DNA of 64,000 bases from Haliotis rubra (taxonomy: Eukaryota). The notes beneath the pieces were generated by a model. It searched no databases. It was given only the letters and a program-made list of their open reading frames with translations, and had not been told where the DNA came from. The stretch is from assembly GCF_003918875.1 (NCBI RefSeq), contig NW_025766181.1, positions 558,001 through 622,000 of the forward strand. Direction: 5' to 3'. The translations under genes and the position numbers were made by a program. Numbering within the stretch: position 1 is the first letter of the stretch; each line of letters opens with the position of its first letter. Of the stretch, positions 26,980-40,123 are shown piece after piece.

Positions 26980-27696
26980 TTTAACGAGGAAAGATAGGGC
27001 TTTCTAATGAATACAAATTTAACAGTTTCAATTTTCATTTTTGTTGAAAAATATGAACTTTAATGGAATTATTTTAGTATAAAATGCATGTATGTATATA
27101 AAAATAGAGAAAAAAATGAAAAAAAATGCTTTAATGGACTGAAATCATTGTCCTTTGATAGCACATGCAATAACAAAAGAGGAACACTTGATGTTTTTGT
27201 CAATTTCCACCTGGTTATGGAGTTATAGACAAATTAGAATTGTGTTTGAAATTAATTCATGCCCAAAATTAACACTCAAATGCCAGAGATACAGCATGGA
27301 GTAAAAGCAGTATAAGTCAAGTTGTGTATGAGTTAGGGCTTTCAAATTTTCTGTGAGCCTTACATAGTGTCTGGGCTTAGTATTGATTAAGTTTTATTTA
27401 ATTTGCAGACTTTTTTGGTGTCCTGATATGGTGAAGGTAGTGCAAGTGTTTAATTTGCTATATGTCTGTTATTTTTCAAAATATTCACTTGAAACTTTGC
27501 ATATTTACTGCCAGGAGCATTTGAAATATGTATACATGTGTTTTCAACTGAAAATATTTTTTTTTACATTTTTTATGAATTTATTTCAGTTTTCTGATTG
27601 CATATTGTTTTAGTGAGTGAGCGGACGCATCATATTTAGACATATTGGTTCAATTATGGTGAATGTATGTATCACTACACCGCACGTGCCTTATAG

Positions 27697-28100
27697 ATGC
27701 ATGTGATACCTAAAATGGCTAATATTCAAGCCTTTTTCCAAAGATATAGAGCCAAGTTTGTGAAGAATTCAGTCCTCAGTGTGGAAAATGGCATATGTCA
27801 TATGTGGACTGGAGCATGCAAGCACAGTGGGTATGGGGTGTGTTGCGGTATTTTTGCCCCATAGCCTACCAGTGGCGTACTACTCATGCTCACAGGCTGA
27901 GTTTTATAGTACACAGGGAAAACTTCGACATAGGTGATTACGACATCAGCCATTTGTGCCACAACAGTAAATGCACCTATGTCGAACACCTGTCTGCTGA
28001 ACCACACAGCATAAATGCAGACAGAGTGGCCTGTGTAAACAGGGGTGTGTGTAAAGGCCATGCACCTTTCCCAGATTGCCTTTTGGCATTGAAGTCATAG
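27697..28100 (+). pseudogene. His-Me finger endonuclease, copy 2 (2-bp TG insertion at ~27839)
   Basis: Near-identical to 24062-24463; GGGGTGTGTTG vs GGGGTGTTG. Confidence 0.85.
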
Positions 28101-28330
28101 GAGAACAGAAAAACAAAGGCAAAGTATATGAAAAATACTATATCAAATAATATAGTAAAATTTTATTCATATTTCCTGATTTTCACCACAGTCACAGTTA
28201 GTTGTGACATAGCATTTATTCACAACACATAGCTTTAGAGACATTATGATGTATTTAAACTTAAAGTTACACAGTATCTGTCTTTAGGAAGTAATTAGCA
28301 CATACAGTTCTGCAGCATCACTGCACATTT

Positions 28331-30330
28331 TCAATATTTTGAATAAGAATGTTCATGGTTTTTGCTGAAACACGGTACAGGGTCTAACTGACCCTTTCTG
28401 TAGTCCCCACTCTGCTTGTCAGTCTGTTTAGACTTCAAATGTTCACAGATCTTGCTTCCATGCTGTGTAAGTTTCCTTTTCACAACACTGGGGCTTTTCT
28501 GATAGTCTTTGTGATAGGTAGCCTCCTTGTCCATTTGTTCAAGTGACCGCACAGCTCGGCTTGAAAGTTTCACCCCAGAATGGTCGCACTTGTCGATTGC
28601 TGATGTCCCAGGGCCATTGTTGAGCCTGTGAATTGTGGAAGAAGCCCTCCCAATCATGTTCCTTGAAAAGTTTACATTCTTTGGCAAAGAAATACTCAGT
28701 GATCGATTGGCAGCTTCACATTTCTGTGTGTCTGTGTACAGTTTCATTTGTTCCACCACTTCTACACTTAACTTCATTTTGAGAATTTCATTAAGCAAGT
28801 GTTTATCATTGTCATCCATATTGAAATGAGTGATACTGTTGCAGCCGAGGAACATGGATCGCTGCCACCAGCTGTTTGTTACACCTCCTCTACACACAAC
28901 TGAGTACCGGGCACACCTGGAGCAGTCGCCGCTGTAGCACTTGAGGGTTGCTTCGAGCACTCTTGGTAAGATACTACGAAGTGTTTTCATGTCACCTGCA
29001 TGATCTTTCATGAGTTCTTTTAGTATCAGGCTGCACCGTGCTTTGACATCCTGGCTCAGCACCTTCTTTGCTTCCATTTTATGTGTACGAGTAGTGCCGG
29101 GGAACATATCTGGGTTAAAATCAGCTCTGTAACATTGTCGGAACTGTCCTTGAGCCAAGTGGGTTGGGTCAGCTAGCCTTTGCACCTTCCACATTGGGTC
29201 CAACACTTTGAGAGCTTTGTCTACTCCATCTGCAGACTTCGAATCCCCATCGGTTGTGGCATACTTTATGAGTACACCCTGTAGTGCGAGCTGATTACCA
29301 ATGTCCTCTCCCATTTTGAACTCAGAGAATGGAGTGAAGGCCGACATGTTCGCAGTACAGTCTGGGTGCCCCCCCTGGACATTTCACATCCATGCCTTTT
29401 CCTTTCAGCCAGGCACCAGTCCAGCAGAGCTTATTCTGGAATGACGCACTGACGATGAACTTCTTGTCAGTAACAGTTTCGCAGGCGATGCCGATTGCTT
29501 GTGATGCATTCTGCCCTGGCTTCTTCCTGCTTGCTATTGTTGTCGAGTTGTATCGGCCATCCATAGCAATGTTCATCTCACACGGCTCAGTACCCCTCTT
29601 TCGATTAACTTCCTTCACTAACTCCACCTTTTCTGCCATATCCTTAGTGTTAAGTTCAGTTACAGCCTTAGCCACCTTGTTGGAGGTCCTCTGCATACTG
29701 CTCCTGCATGGGGGTGGAATGTCCATGTTGGCCATCAGTAACCTCGCTCTCGTATTTCCTATAGGTGTGTCCTGTAGACCCAAGGCAAGTCCCACGTTGG
29801 GTGCTGCTGGGTTTGGCCCAGGTTTACCCGTCTCGATTTCTTTGTATAACTTCATTTCAGGTGCTACAAAGTCACATGTGACACATTTCAGTGTTATTTT
29901 CCAGCATGCTCCCCATTTTCTCTCCTTGGCTATCTGCAGCTGAGGGTCGTCACAGTCACTGGATGTTGACCAATGCAGTCGCAGAGCTGTGTTCCATGCT
30001 TCGGCCACCTTTTCATTGTCGACTAGTCGCATACCCTCCAAGTCATCTTTGCTTGACTCTTGTTTCAGGTCATGCTTGCTCGTTGAAGTGGGACGCAGCA
30101 GCCTCACTGAAGTAGAGATGCCATCGCAGTCAGGTGTTGACAGCCCAGTGCCATCCAGCCTTGACTTGGTGACCAGGGGAGAAGTCTTCTGCACTCAACC
30201 TAGTGACTGTCCTGGGTATCTGGGGTGGAGCGGCACTTTCCGACTCTTCCGATTCAAGGGTGAGACCTTTGTTCCAGGGAGTATGGCCTTTGCTGAACTG
30301 TGACTTGATTCTCTTGCGGTCGCCTTTCAT
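28331..30330 (-). CDS. Kolobok-type DDD/E transposase, copy 2 (2 frameshifts, ~30177 and ~29371)
   Basis: Near-identical to copy 1; ORFs 30130, 29322 and 28331 join into one protein. Confidence 0.8.
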
Positions 30331-31060
30331 CGTGATTGTGTCGAATAGAACTAATGAGCTCTGAGCACAGCATGTACTTATATATCCCATCTCTGTGTGT
30401 TGTCACTGGCACTGACAAGCAGGTATATGTATTAGAAAATGTATTGGAAACTCAAGACATACACATGTCTTGCGCCACTGGTGTAAATCGCAGTTGAGCC
30501 ATACACACCTACTGACACTTTGTCGCGTATTGGCCAGGTGTCAGGTGAGAGTGGACATGCTTGGTGACTTCGCTGCACTTGATTGGCTGTACTCAGCTAC
30601 TTGTGCAGCCAATCAATTTAACGAGGAAAGATAGGGCTTTCTAATGAATACAAATTTAACAGTTTCAATTTTCATTTTTGTTGAAAAATATGAACTTTAA
30701 TGGAATTATTTTAGTATAAAATGCATGTATGTATATAAAAATAGAGAAAAAATGAAAAAAATGCTTTAATGGACTGAAACCATTGTCCTTTGATAGCACA
30801 TGCAATAACAAAGAGGAACACTTGATGTTTTTGTCAATTTCCACCTGGTTATGGAGTTATAGACAAATTAGAATTGTGTTTGAAATTAATTCATGCCCAA
30901 AATTAACACTCAAATGCCAGAGATACAGCATGGAGTAAAAGCAGTATAAGTCAAGTTGTGTATGAGTTAGGGCTTTCAAATTTTCTGTGAGCCTTACATT
31001 GTGTCTGGGCTTAGTATTGATTAAGTTATATTTAATTTGCAGACTTTTGGTGTCCTGATA

Positions 31061-31510
31061 GGCCTCAGACCACAGTTACCCCCTTAACTTTTACCATGAC
31101 CGGAAGTAAAATATGAGAATATAGTGCCTTGTTTAAATGGGCTGTTCTGCTTGTGCTGATTTTTTCAGGGTGACTTGTGATAGCTTAAATGAAAGGTAAG
31201 ACATTGTACTTTATTGCAAAATTTTTTTGGGTCCACAATCTACTCATGGTATTGACACCAGCCTTCCTTGATTTGACCCCAAGTTCAAGGCTGTCTGGTG
31301 TGTTTCGGCTCGTAACTTCCGGTGACCATTGTTTACAGTGGATACAGCAAAATCGACATGGTCGATCCAGGCTCATATTTTGCCGATTAAGTGACAAGTG
31401 GCAGGTTGGTGAGCATGCAACAGGAGAACAGCCTACGACCGATATTAATTATGGTGCACTGGCATGTCACTGTAGATAGCAAAGAAGGAAAATAATTGTG
31501 GTCTGAGGCC
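31061..31510 (+). repeat. Right long terminal direct repeat (450 bp)
   Basis: Same sequence and TIRs as left LTDR apart from homopolymer lengths. Confidence 0.95.
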
Positions 31511-33176
31511 TTATCATGCTTGAAAATGTTGTTCCGGTGACGTGCGAAATGTGGTATGACGTAGGGTCTGAGAGCTTGGTCGATGTAACGCACTGCTGTG
31601 ATGCCACCTCCTCTCCCTGGACCAAGGGTTCTGGAACACCACAGAACCCACTCTCTGGTTCAGGCCTATTCCACCCCATACCATGATACTTGCACCTTCC
31701 CATGAGCCTCTTTGGTCCGAGTAACGCTGGCCACGTCGACGCCATATTATTGTTCTGCCATCTGCAGTTGATACGCAGTACCGACTCTCATCTGTGAACA
31801 GAACAGTTCTCTATTGCCTGTATCGCCAGTTTTGGTGTTGTAAGGCAAACTGTAGACGTTCACACCGATGACGAGGAGTGAGGATAGGTCCACGGTAAGG
31901 TCTACGGCATTGGAGGTCCCCGCTGTTAAGACGTCGGCGTACTGTATCAGTACTGATTGGTCTTCCGTGTGTTCCCACTGTTTGGCGTGCTGTTTCGGAT
32001 GCCTGCATGAAGGGATTCTGTACATGCTGTCGCACAGCATGGCAGTCTTGTCGTCTTGTGGTCACCCTTGGTCCGCCAGTACGGGGGCGATCATTTGTCG
32101 TGCTGGTGGCCCGGAAACGTTGCTGCAGCCTGTAGATGGTCCGAACGTTGACCTTGAAGTGATTGGCAACGGCTTGTGCAGTGTGGCCAGCTTCAAGTCT
32201 TCCTAGCGCCTGGTTCCTCTCGGCTATCATGAGTCGCGGCATCCTGCTGACGTTGTTTCAACCAGGTTTGTGGGGGCGCATTTTAAAGGGCTGGTCCTTG
32301 TGAACAGCCCGCGCAGCATGAGTTGCATGAAACGTTTTGGAAGGAATGTCTTTGCTCAAGTAAAGTTGGAGATGTTGTCAAAATATACAATCAATACAAT
32401 ATACATTAAATTCCAAACTGACGTTTCTTTTGCTGCTTAGTATTTATCCCACTGAGAAACTCCACAAGGCCAAATCACGGCCAGGGTAACGACACTTCAT
32501 ATATGAAATTTTAAGTATCATTGATGAAAGTTTCTTCTACGCATATTGAAGGATCATCATTCGTTGATGTAAAGAATATGTTAACTTTGTCTCCAGCATG
32601 CTTCTATAGTATCGAGACTCTATCCAAAATAAATATCCAAGAACACTTGTCGTCATTGAAATAACAAACACAATATGTGTACAATATAACAATTGTGCCA
32701 AAACGTTAATTCAACACATGCTTATTCCAATACCAATAATACTGGTTTCAGTTCATTCCTTGTTTTAAGTTACATACTAACTTTGATAACGACGGTAAAT
32801 GACCGTACTAGCATATTCAGCGGACATGGCCGCTTCGCTTTTTCTTGTTACGAAGTGCTGCGTAGACACATTCCTTGATTGCTGTAGACAATCTAACAAC
32901 ACGCACGTATTTCCTTTGTGGATGTGTAAATACATAACCGAGAAATAGTGAGCAACTGACATCTTATCTAAACGTTTAAGATAAAGTAGGCCAGCTATGT
33001 CAGGTGCAAACAATTGTTTAAACAAGAGGAATGAGAGTTTGCTTCTTTACTCATACACTTCCAGAAAACCACTACAAATAGACCAGAACATACATGTATT
33101 TAAGTTGTTATTAACTACAATAACTAAACATTTCAGCTTTGCTGGCTGAGGCCAACTGGCCAGTTAGCATTCCGCA

Positions 33177-34380
33177 CAGGAAAGCAAAAGTAACTGTGCA
33201 TAACATAAAACTACATAAAATAAAAATTATTTGAAAAGTAATTTAAATAACCCTAAATAAACATGCAGCAAGCACTTTGTTATCACGTATCGCCCGTAGC
33301 ACGTGCACTTTGTGCACAATGAACTTACTTACTTTTTGTATGGTTTTTGACACCTGAAGTTCACACACCTGATATTGAAATTTGAAGAGCGGTTAATTAT
33401 TCTCTTGCCTCTGAATGTTATGGGTACCGCGTTAATTTCAACCTTGCTACGGTTTACAGAAAATCAGCGTCTCTGTTCCTTGGGTTTACTGGAGACTCGA
33501 ATGGCCTAAAATGAAGTGGCCAGACATTTTGGTGTCCATCGAAACACGTCTTTATGGAAACGTTTTCAACATAATGGGGAACACGAGAGATTTGCCTCAG
33601 ACCGGCCATCCACGCGACGCGTGACGTCACGTCAGCAAGACAACAACATTCGGCTGACCCATATATGGAATCGAGTCCAGACTGCCAGATTGTCTGCTCG
33701 GAACATACCTGGAATACGACCAATCAGTTCCAGAACTGTACGGAACCGACTGAGGGAGCACAACATCGGGCCCCGACGGCTTGCAATTCAATTTTGCTCC
33801 AACGCCACAGACAGACACGTCGTGCCTGGTGCAGACATCATCTATTTTACAGGAGACCAGATTGGGATGGTGTTTTGTTCACTGACGAGTTGCGCTTTCA
33901 TCTGGATAGCTCAGATGGCAGGGCAAGGGTGTACAGACGGCGAGATGAACGGTATGCTGACTTGTGCATTATTCAACGTTGACAGCGTTATGGAATGGGG
34001 AGTCATCACATCTCAAGGTCGGACGAAACTTGTCATGTTCAATAGCAATCCGACAGGTCTGCGATATCTTCATAAGATATCCCCGTCCCCATGTCGCTAC
34101 GTTCACAGATTTCCTGAGACAGCAGAACATTGCGGTACACTCCTGGCCAAATGTTTCTCCGGAGCTGTCCCCTTTTGGGTACGCTTGGGCTGAAATGGTG
34201 CGTCAAGCCCAATATCATGGAACAACATTCTCCAAGCTTTCTTAAATCGCTTAGTGTCGTTGTCAAACCTGCATCAACGCCAATGGTGGAGAAACACGAT
34301 TACTGAATTTGCGAAGTGACACCACATCTCTTCAAGGCCAAGTGTCAATTCCTAATTATCTTGTCAACAGTTAAACAGTG
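33177..34380 (+). mobile_element. Decayed Tc1-like transposon B, copy 3
   Basis: VARHFGVHRNT, DWDGVLFTDELRFHL, WPNVSPELSP. Confidence 0.8.
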
Positions 34381-35102
34381 AAAGTGATGGAAAGCACAAA
34401 ACAATCATGTTAGTTTTTGCATTAAAAAATTGGCATTGTAAACAACATTGCACAGGTATTTTACTGAATGTTGTCTAACGCCGCACTCTGGACCAAACGT
34501 TCCCGTGAGAAGGGTGGGGGGTTAAAGGGCGGGGGGATACAGAAGTTAATATGTTATATTCTGAAGATTTGGTAATGGTATCTGATCTATCATCAAACAA
34601 AGGAAATAAACTCTGCTCTCAGAATACACTTTTAAACGGAAATGGCCATCAAAATTATGAAAGCGTTTGAATGGAAATTAGAAGTGATACACATAATGTT
34701 TGTCTGTCTAACGCCGCACTTTATATGAAGGCGGTGTGTAAATAATCGGATCTGGACCAAACGATCCAGTGACATTTATGGATACAAAAGTTGGTATGTA
34801 AACATTTTCCCCTTTAGCATAATCGAATTAAATAAAATTGTCGCACATATGCACACAGTGTATTAATATGGAGAACACTGGTCTTAGACAGGGTTGTGAC
34901 GTTACTCCAGAGCTTTTAGGCCGCTGGTGATAAATTGTTTACCAGCATCAATCTGACAGAATGTGGTGAGCGTAGGCGAGAAGATGTCTTTTCGTGAGGT
35001 CAAGTATGGTACAGCGGTGTCTGAATCACATTAACAGTGCATAAATTGTGGCAGTGACGTGTTTTGCGCAGAGTTTTACGTCGTCACTTACCGATATGTT
35101 GG

Positions 35103-35185
35103 TATAAAAGGGGATACGAGCGATCCTATCTTCAGTCCACCAGTATTTGCCTTCGTATTGCGGCAGCATTTCTGCAGACTCACAT
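35103..35185 (+). promoter_or_regulatory. TATA/Inr + non-coding exon 1, copy 4
   Basis: TATAAAAG 35103, TCAGT Inr (A at 35134), GTAAGT donor 35186. Confidence 0.7.
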
Positions 35186-35756
35186 GTAAGTACATTTTCG
35201 TTGGCTTTTCATAATACATATCCATGCTAATATCACATGTTTTGTAGAATATCCTTAAAATTAAACCGACAATTATTTCCATTTCAAGTGTCACAAGTGA
35301 AAATACGTTCATGCTAGCTAGGAACACGGATCAAGGAATGTATCTGAGCATGTAACATTTCGTATGAATGTTCGCAAGAAATATAGTAATACTGAGAAAG
35401 TTTGTCCCTCAGTTGCAGACACAATGAACATTTGAGTATTAACAGAAAGCCACCCCAAAGTTTCTTGCATCTGTTTCTTTTATTAAGGTTTGTTATTAAT
35501 GTTAAAATTCCACTTATATTTGTTTTACTGGAACGGAGGGTGTTAAAAAGTCTCCAGTTCGTGTCAGTGTGTAATCGAAGACTTAATAACCAAGAGTACA
35601 CCATATCAACTCGTAAAAGTTCTACGTAAAATCACATTCCATACCTTTCTTTACAACATAGACTGCGATCCTAGTTGATGAAACACCCCACACGTATGAT
35701 GGATTTACATAACAAATTTGTTTGTTTGTAAAAATCAATCATTTTCTTCCAGCAAA

Positions 35757-37390
35757 ATGAATACTCTTCAAATTCTCGTAGTTCTTTTGGCAACATGCTG
35801 TGCAAGTCAAGGAAGAAATATCCGTAAGTGTTACCAAGTTGTGTCTGTTATCTGTTGCGTGAATTAATGTTAAAACAAAACCTAATGGTATTCTGACATC
35901 GTAGATGCAAAATACCTTGTATTTATGTAGGGTTGTTGTGTATGTGTTTAATGCCGCGAAAGAAACATCATACATTATCCCCATGTAACATAATATCCCC
36001 GTTTACGGGAACACCTGTGTGTCATCACTGAATTTCAGTAGTCCATTAATGTTACTTCCACAACTGTTTTGCCTTTTGCGCCTAATGGATTCTGATTTGG
36101 CTGATAATCGGCGTTGACTTATAATACATTCATAAAAGAGGTTCTATTTCCTGAGATGTATTCATTCCTGTTCTATTTGCAGGTTCCAGGCGTTTTGTAA
36201 ACCAGCCACCACCAGGTACGTTTTGTACATGGTCAAGACATAAAATGTATATTCTGTCATGAGAGTGTACTCGTTGGTGTGGCTTGTCTTTACAAATAAT
36301 ATAGGTGGGTAAAGTGTGATGTAATTTCGTGTTCAAGATTAACTCACTCATGTTACGACGTGCAACCACGTGATTATGTGTAAATGACTAGGGCATTTCA
36401 GTACTCGTCTACTCTATGCCGGTTTACGACAGCGAGCCCTTGGGATGCCTCATTCGGACACAGAATACTGACACAGTCGAACGGTACTTTTTTAGCCCTA
36501 GTACTTGTTAGCCCTAGTACTTGTCGGGCAGTCTAGTCTACCTTCAGAGGCGGTCACTAGAGATGTACATGATTACTTCGACATATTACCCTTCAGCCTG
36601 CATCTAACGTCGGGAAAACCGTTAATGTAGTAAAGTATACAGTGACAATACGATATTAAAAGAACATCAGCATACAGAATGCTGAGTATTGTGTCGCTGT
36701 AAAACCTTCTTTGTGGTTCTTTCAGATTTATTCCCGCCAGGCAACAACCATCTCGATATCCGAGCGCTTATGGCACTCTTGAAGAATCCAGTGATGATGA
36801 AAGGGTCTGGTCAGGTTAATAGTCAACAGCAACAACAACAGCAGCAGCAACAACAGCAACAACAACAACAACAGCAGCAGCAGCAACAACTAGGAACGGG
36901 TCAAATTCCACAAGCCGAAGTAACTCCTCAATCAGCCCAAAATCAAGGTCAACCTCAACCTGAGCCTCTTCCAACCCAGACGAAACCTCAAAACCCGCCA
37001 CTGACCCAACATACAAAGAATCAAGGACAAGTTCAGGGACAGACACCAACACAAAATGCAGGTCAAGGTCAGCAAGGTCAAACAAACAATGGTCAGACAC
37101 AACAGGTCCCCGTCCCAGCTCCAACTGTTAATACTCCAAAGACTGTCGATCCAATGCAGCAGTTTATGGGGTACTCAAACATGTTCACTGACCCAATGTT
37201 TTTACAATACTTTCAACAATTCATGAGAAGGGTAGACATGATGAAGCCCAAATACAGGAGAGGAGACTTTGTCCCCCCAAAAGGCCTCTTCCCGGGAGGA
37301 TATGTGATATCTGCTGATGGTAGTGATGCAGAAGTAAGGGACATATATGGAAAGTTGCACTCAATTGATGGTGGCGTTTTCCAAGCATAA
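35757..37390 (+). CDS. Secreted Gln-rich protein, copy 4 (254 aa; exons 35757-35823, 36183-36215, 36726-37390)
   Basis: Intact spliced frame, same architecture as copies 1-3. Confidence 0.9.
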
Positions 37391-38962
37391 AGCTTGTGCA
37401 GACATTTTCACATTGTGATAGATTTACATGATCCGACTTTTTGTTGCCTGCTGGACAGGCATATCACAGATCATACAACTATTTTAGATTCTCACTGCAA
37501 TGCATCCCATGTACATAGACGTGTTTCATGGTCTATAAACACCGCTTCTTTTTTGTCCATCACAACTTTACATCATTTTGATAGAATTTTCTCTTTTTTA
37601 ATAAATAAAATCCCTCTTAAACATGTCTCTGTTCCTATTTTCACTGATTTCATTGTCAATGTGGCAATATTTATTTAATGCAACATATTTCACGTTATTT
37701 TCTAAGTTGCTCACCGCGTTGACCAACGCCTTGGGGGAAGTATGAGGATATCATTGTGTAGTTATGACTCCATACTCTGATCGAAAACGTCAGCTCGTTA
37801 GTAATTAGACCTTAATCAGAGGGACACAACACCAGTGAATAACAGGAAAAACAAATGGGCGCAAATAGGCCTCTTATTGGCCCACGTCGCCCTAAAATTA
37901 TAAAACCAACCAACAGGAACAACAAACACCATATCACGATTCCACAATAGCGTGTGTATAAGAAGTAGAAGACGTTTACTCATAAATAAAGGAAACATGG
38001 TACATAGTTTACACAGCTAATATATAATGGTGTTCACATGCACAAGGGGCTGACACACGTAATAATTTGGGGTTATCATTTCTCTCAAAATGTACCAAGT
38101 ACTCGGATAATAAGAAATTATATTGGTGTCCGTTTCAGAAAGATTATAATTTCTGTACATTCCGTTTATGAGCTAAACAGCAGAATTAACATAAAGAGGT
38201 GAGGAGATCACTATTACAGCTAACACAGACAGATATTTCTCAGTTACAAGCAGTGATTTATAGGATGAGTTCTCATGCAGGAAACAAGACTTTCTTACAA
38301 TGCAATGCCCGTTCTGGATTTCAATATCCTGGCAGCTTTGTTTAAATATGTGGATGAAACATCACCATACACAGAATCATGTTTGGGACAGTCTTATGTT
38401 GGATACCTAGTTACGTTCACCATCGCCATCGAAAGTTTTGAGTATATGACAACAGGCATAAGAGTATCTGTTATTAATCTAACTGATCTACATCAGTACT
38501 GAAAACAGCGACCAAAACATTGTCACATACTGGTGTTCTTCCCAGCTCTTCTTGAACTGCAAGTGACGAATATTCTTTAAACATCGTAGAGGTAGCGCGT
38601 TAGGAAATTGTTGTGAGACTTTTCAATTTTTATTCTATAGGCGTATCATCGAACATCCTAACCATATAATTGAATAGGTACAAGGTTTTTAACAACTTAT
38701 AAGCCAAGATATTTATAATTTGATATAACTTCATTGTTAACCCTTTTGAAAACAAGCTTCAATCCATATCTCAAACACTGTTACTTTTGTCTTATCTACG
38801 ATTAAAGTCCCACTTATTACGTAACGATCATCTGCAAAAACCGATATCCACCTTCAATGGAAATTGAACTGGCATCGTCAATTTATAAGTTGACCCGAAA
38901 GAATATTCTAACTTATTCCTCAATCTGATCCCACATTACTCTGGTCAATTCCGTGAACCAGA

Positions 38963-39120
38963 GGGGCGGTGGGGTAGCCTAGAGGTTACCGAAGAAGACC
39001 CGATGTCGATTCCCCACATGGGTACAATGTGTGAAGCCCATTTCTGGTGTTCCCGTGATATTGCTGCAATACTGCTAAAAGCGGCGTAAATCCATACTCA
39101 ATCACTCACTCACTCACTCG
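38963..39120 (+). mobile_element. SINE family A with (CACT)n tail
   Basis: Matches 58-183; TSD GT(G/A)AACCAGA at 38953-38962 and 39121-39130. Confidence 0.85.
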
Positions 39121-39439
39121 GTAAACCAGAATGTTATTTCGTCTATTGAGAGTTTCGGCGCGGCTTTATCAAACACAATGTTTCAATCCAGACGTGCGGG
39201 TTTTTCTTAGTTTAAGGTATTCAGTTTTCACTCTGTCAAATTACTTTGAATTAAAATTTCAAATTATCAAACTTCTTTTTGGATTTTGGAGCTTTCGAAA
39301 TATTGTTACAAGTTTCTGATATTGTATTCTATTGTATTCTAACTTAATAATAAATTTCCGTGGTACTCGCAAGTCGAATGTCATATTGTTTTCTATCGTT
39401 CGATTTCATCTCTCAAAAATATGTCGAGACCAGCCTGAA

Positions 39440-39972
39440 AACTGTCAGCTTCTTAAATGTAATCCTTGACCTCAAAACACACAATTCATACCAAAATCTG
39501 TAGGTGGGAAAGCAACGAAAAGGCGACCAAGAAAAAACACATAGTGCAACCCGCCATTCAGTACAAAATGTCAAAACATCATTGGCAAACATTTCCTACA
39601 ACTGGTAGAGAAAGACTTCCCCCGCGAAAGCAAGCTTCACAAGATCTTCAACAGATCAACGGTTTAAGTAAGCTACAGCTGCATGGTCAACTACGAAATA
39701 TAATGGAACGTTTTGTAGCAATCAAACATAAGCAAACGAGACTCAGGATTGAAGAGAAGCTAGAAATTCTCACCAACAAAGGCAACAAGATCAACAAAAA
39801 GAGTGAACTACTTTCAACCTGTCGGCATGGAACGCACACAAGCTGAGTGAGAAAAAAAATAGTTCCAAGCAACTTAATTTCAGATTGTCTGGTGATTGCA
39901 GCACAGAATAAACATGAAATTATCCAGTGTATTAAACATACAACTGAACTTGCTCTCGGTAGGGCACTCTGT
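39440..39972 (+). mobile_element. Penelope-like retroelement relic
   Basis: Fragments FLNVILDL, KLHKIFNRSTV..SYSCM, EEKLEIL, INKKSELLSTCRH; degenerate CTG(G)TGA...GAAA after the stop. Confidence 0.65.
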
Positions 39973-40123
39973 NNNNNNNNNNNNNNNNNNNNNNNNNNNN
40001 NNNNNNNNNNNNNNNNNNNNNNNNNNNNNNNNNNNNNNNNNNNNNNNNNNNNNNNNNNNNNNNNNNNNNNNNNNNNNNNNNNNNNNNNNNNNNNNNNNNN
40101 NNNNNNNNNNNNNNNNNNNNNNN
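39973..40123. other. Assembly gap (N run)
   Basis: Ns. Confidence 1.

Larger units (their letters stand above)
23343..31510. mobile_element. KolobokP-type composite DNA transposon, LTDR-INT-INT-LTDR
   Basis: 448/450-bp direct repeats each bounded by TIRs; two ~3.64-kb internal units each with a His-Me nuclease (+) and DDD/E transposase (-); matches published KolobokP architecture. Confidence 0.9.
23004..32442 (-). mobile_element. Tc1-like transposon A, copy split by KolobokP-type insertion (pieces 23004-23342 and 31511-32442)
   Basis: Same TIRs and site as 15799 copy; keeps N-terminal HTH ORF 31811-32242 (MPRL...QAVANHFKVNVRTIYRL...RPRTGGPRVTT). Confidence 0.9.

Noticed and set aside
23343-31510. 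LTR retrotransposon
   Set aside because: No gag/RT/integrase, no TG...CA ends; repeats have TIRs and INT encodes a DNA transposase
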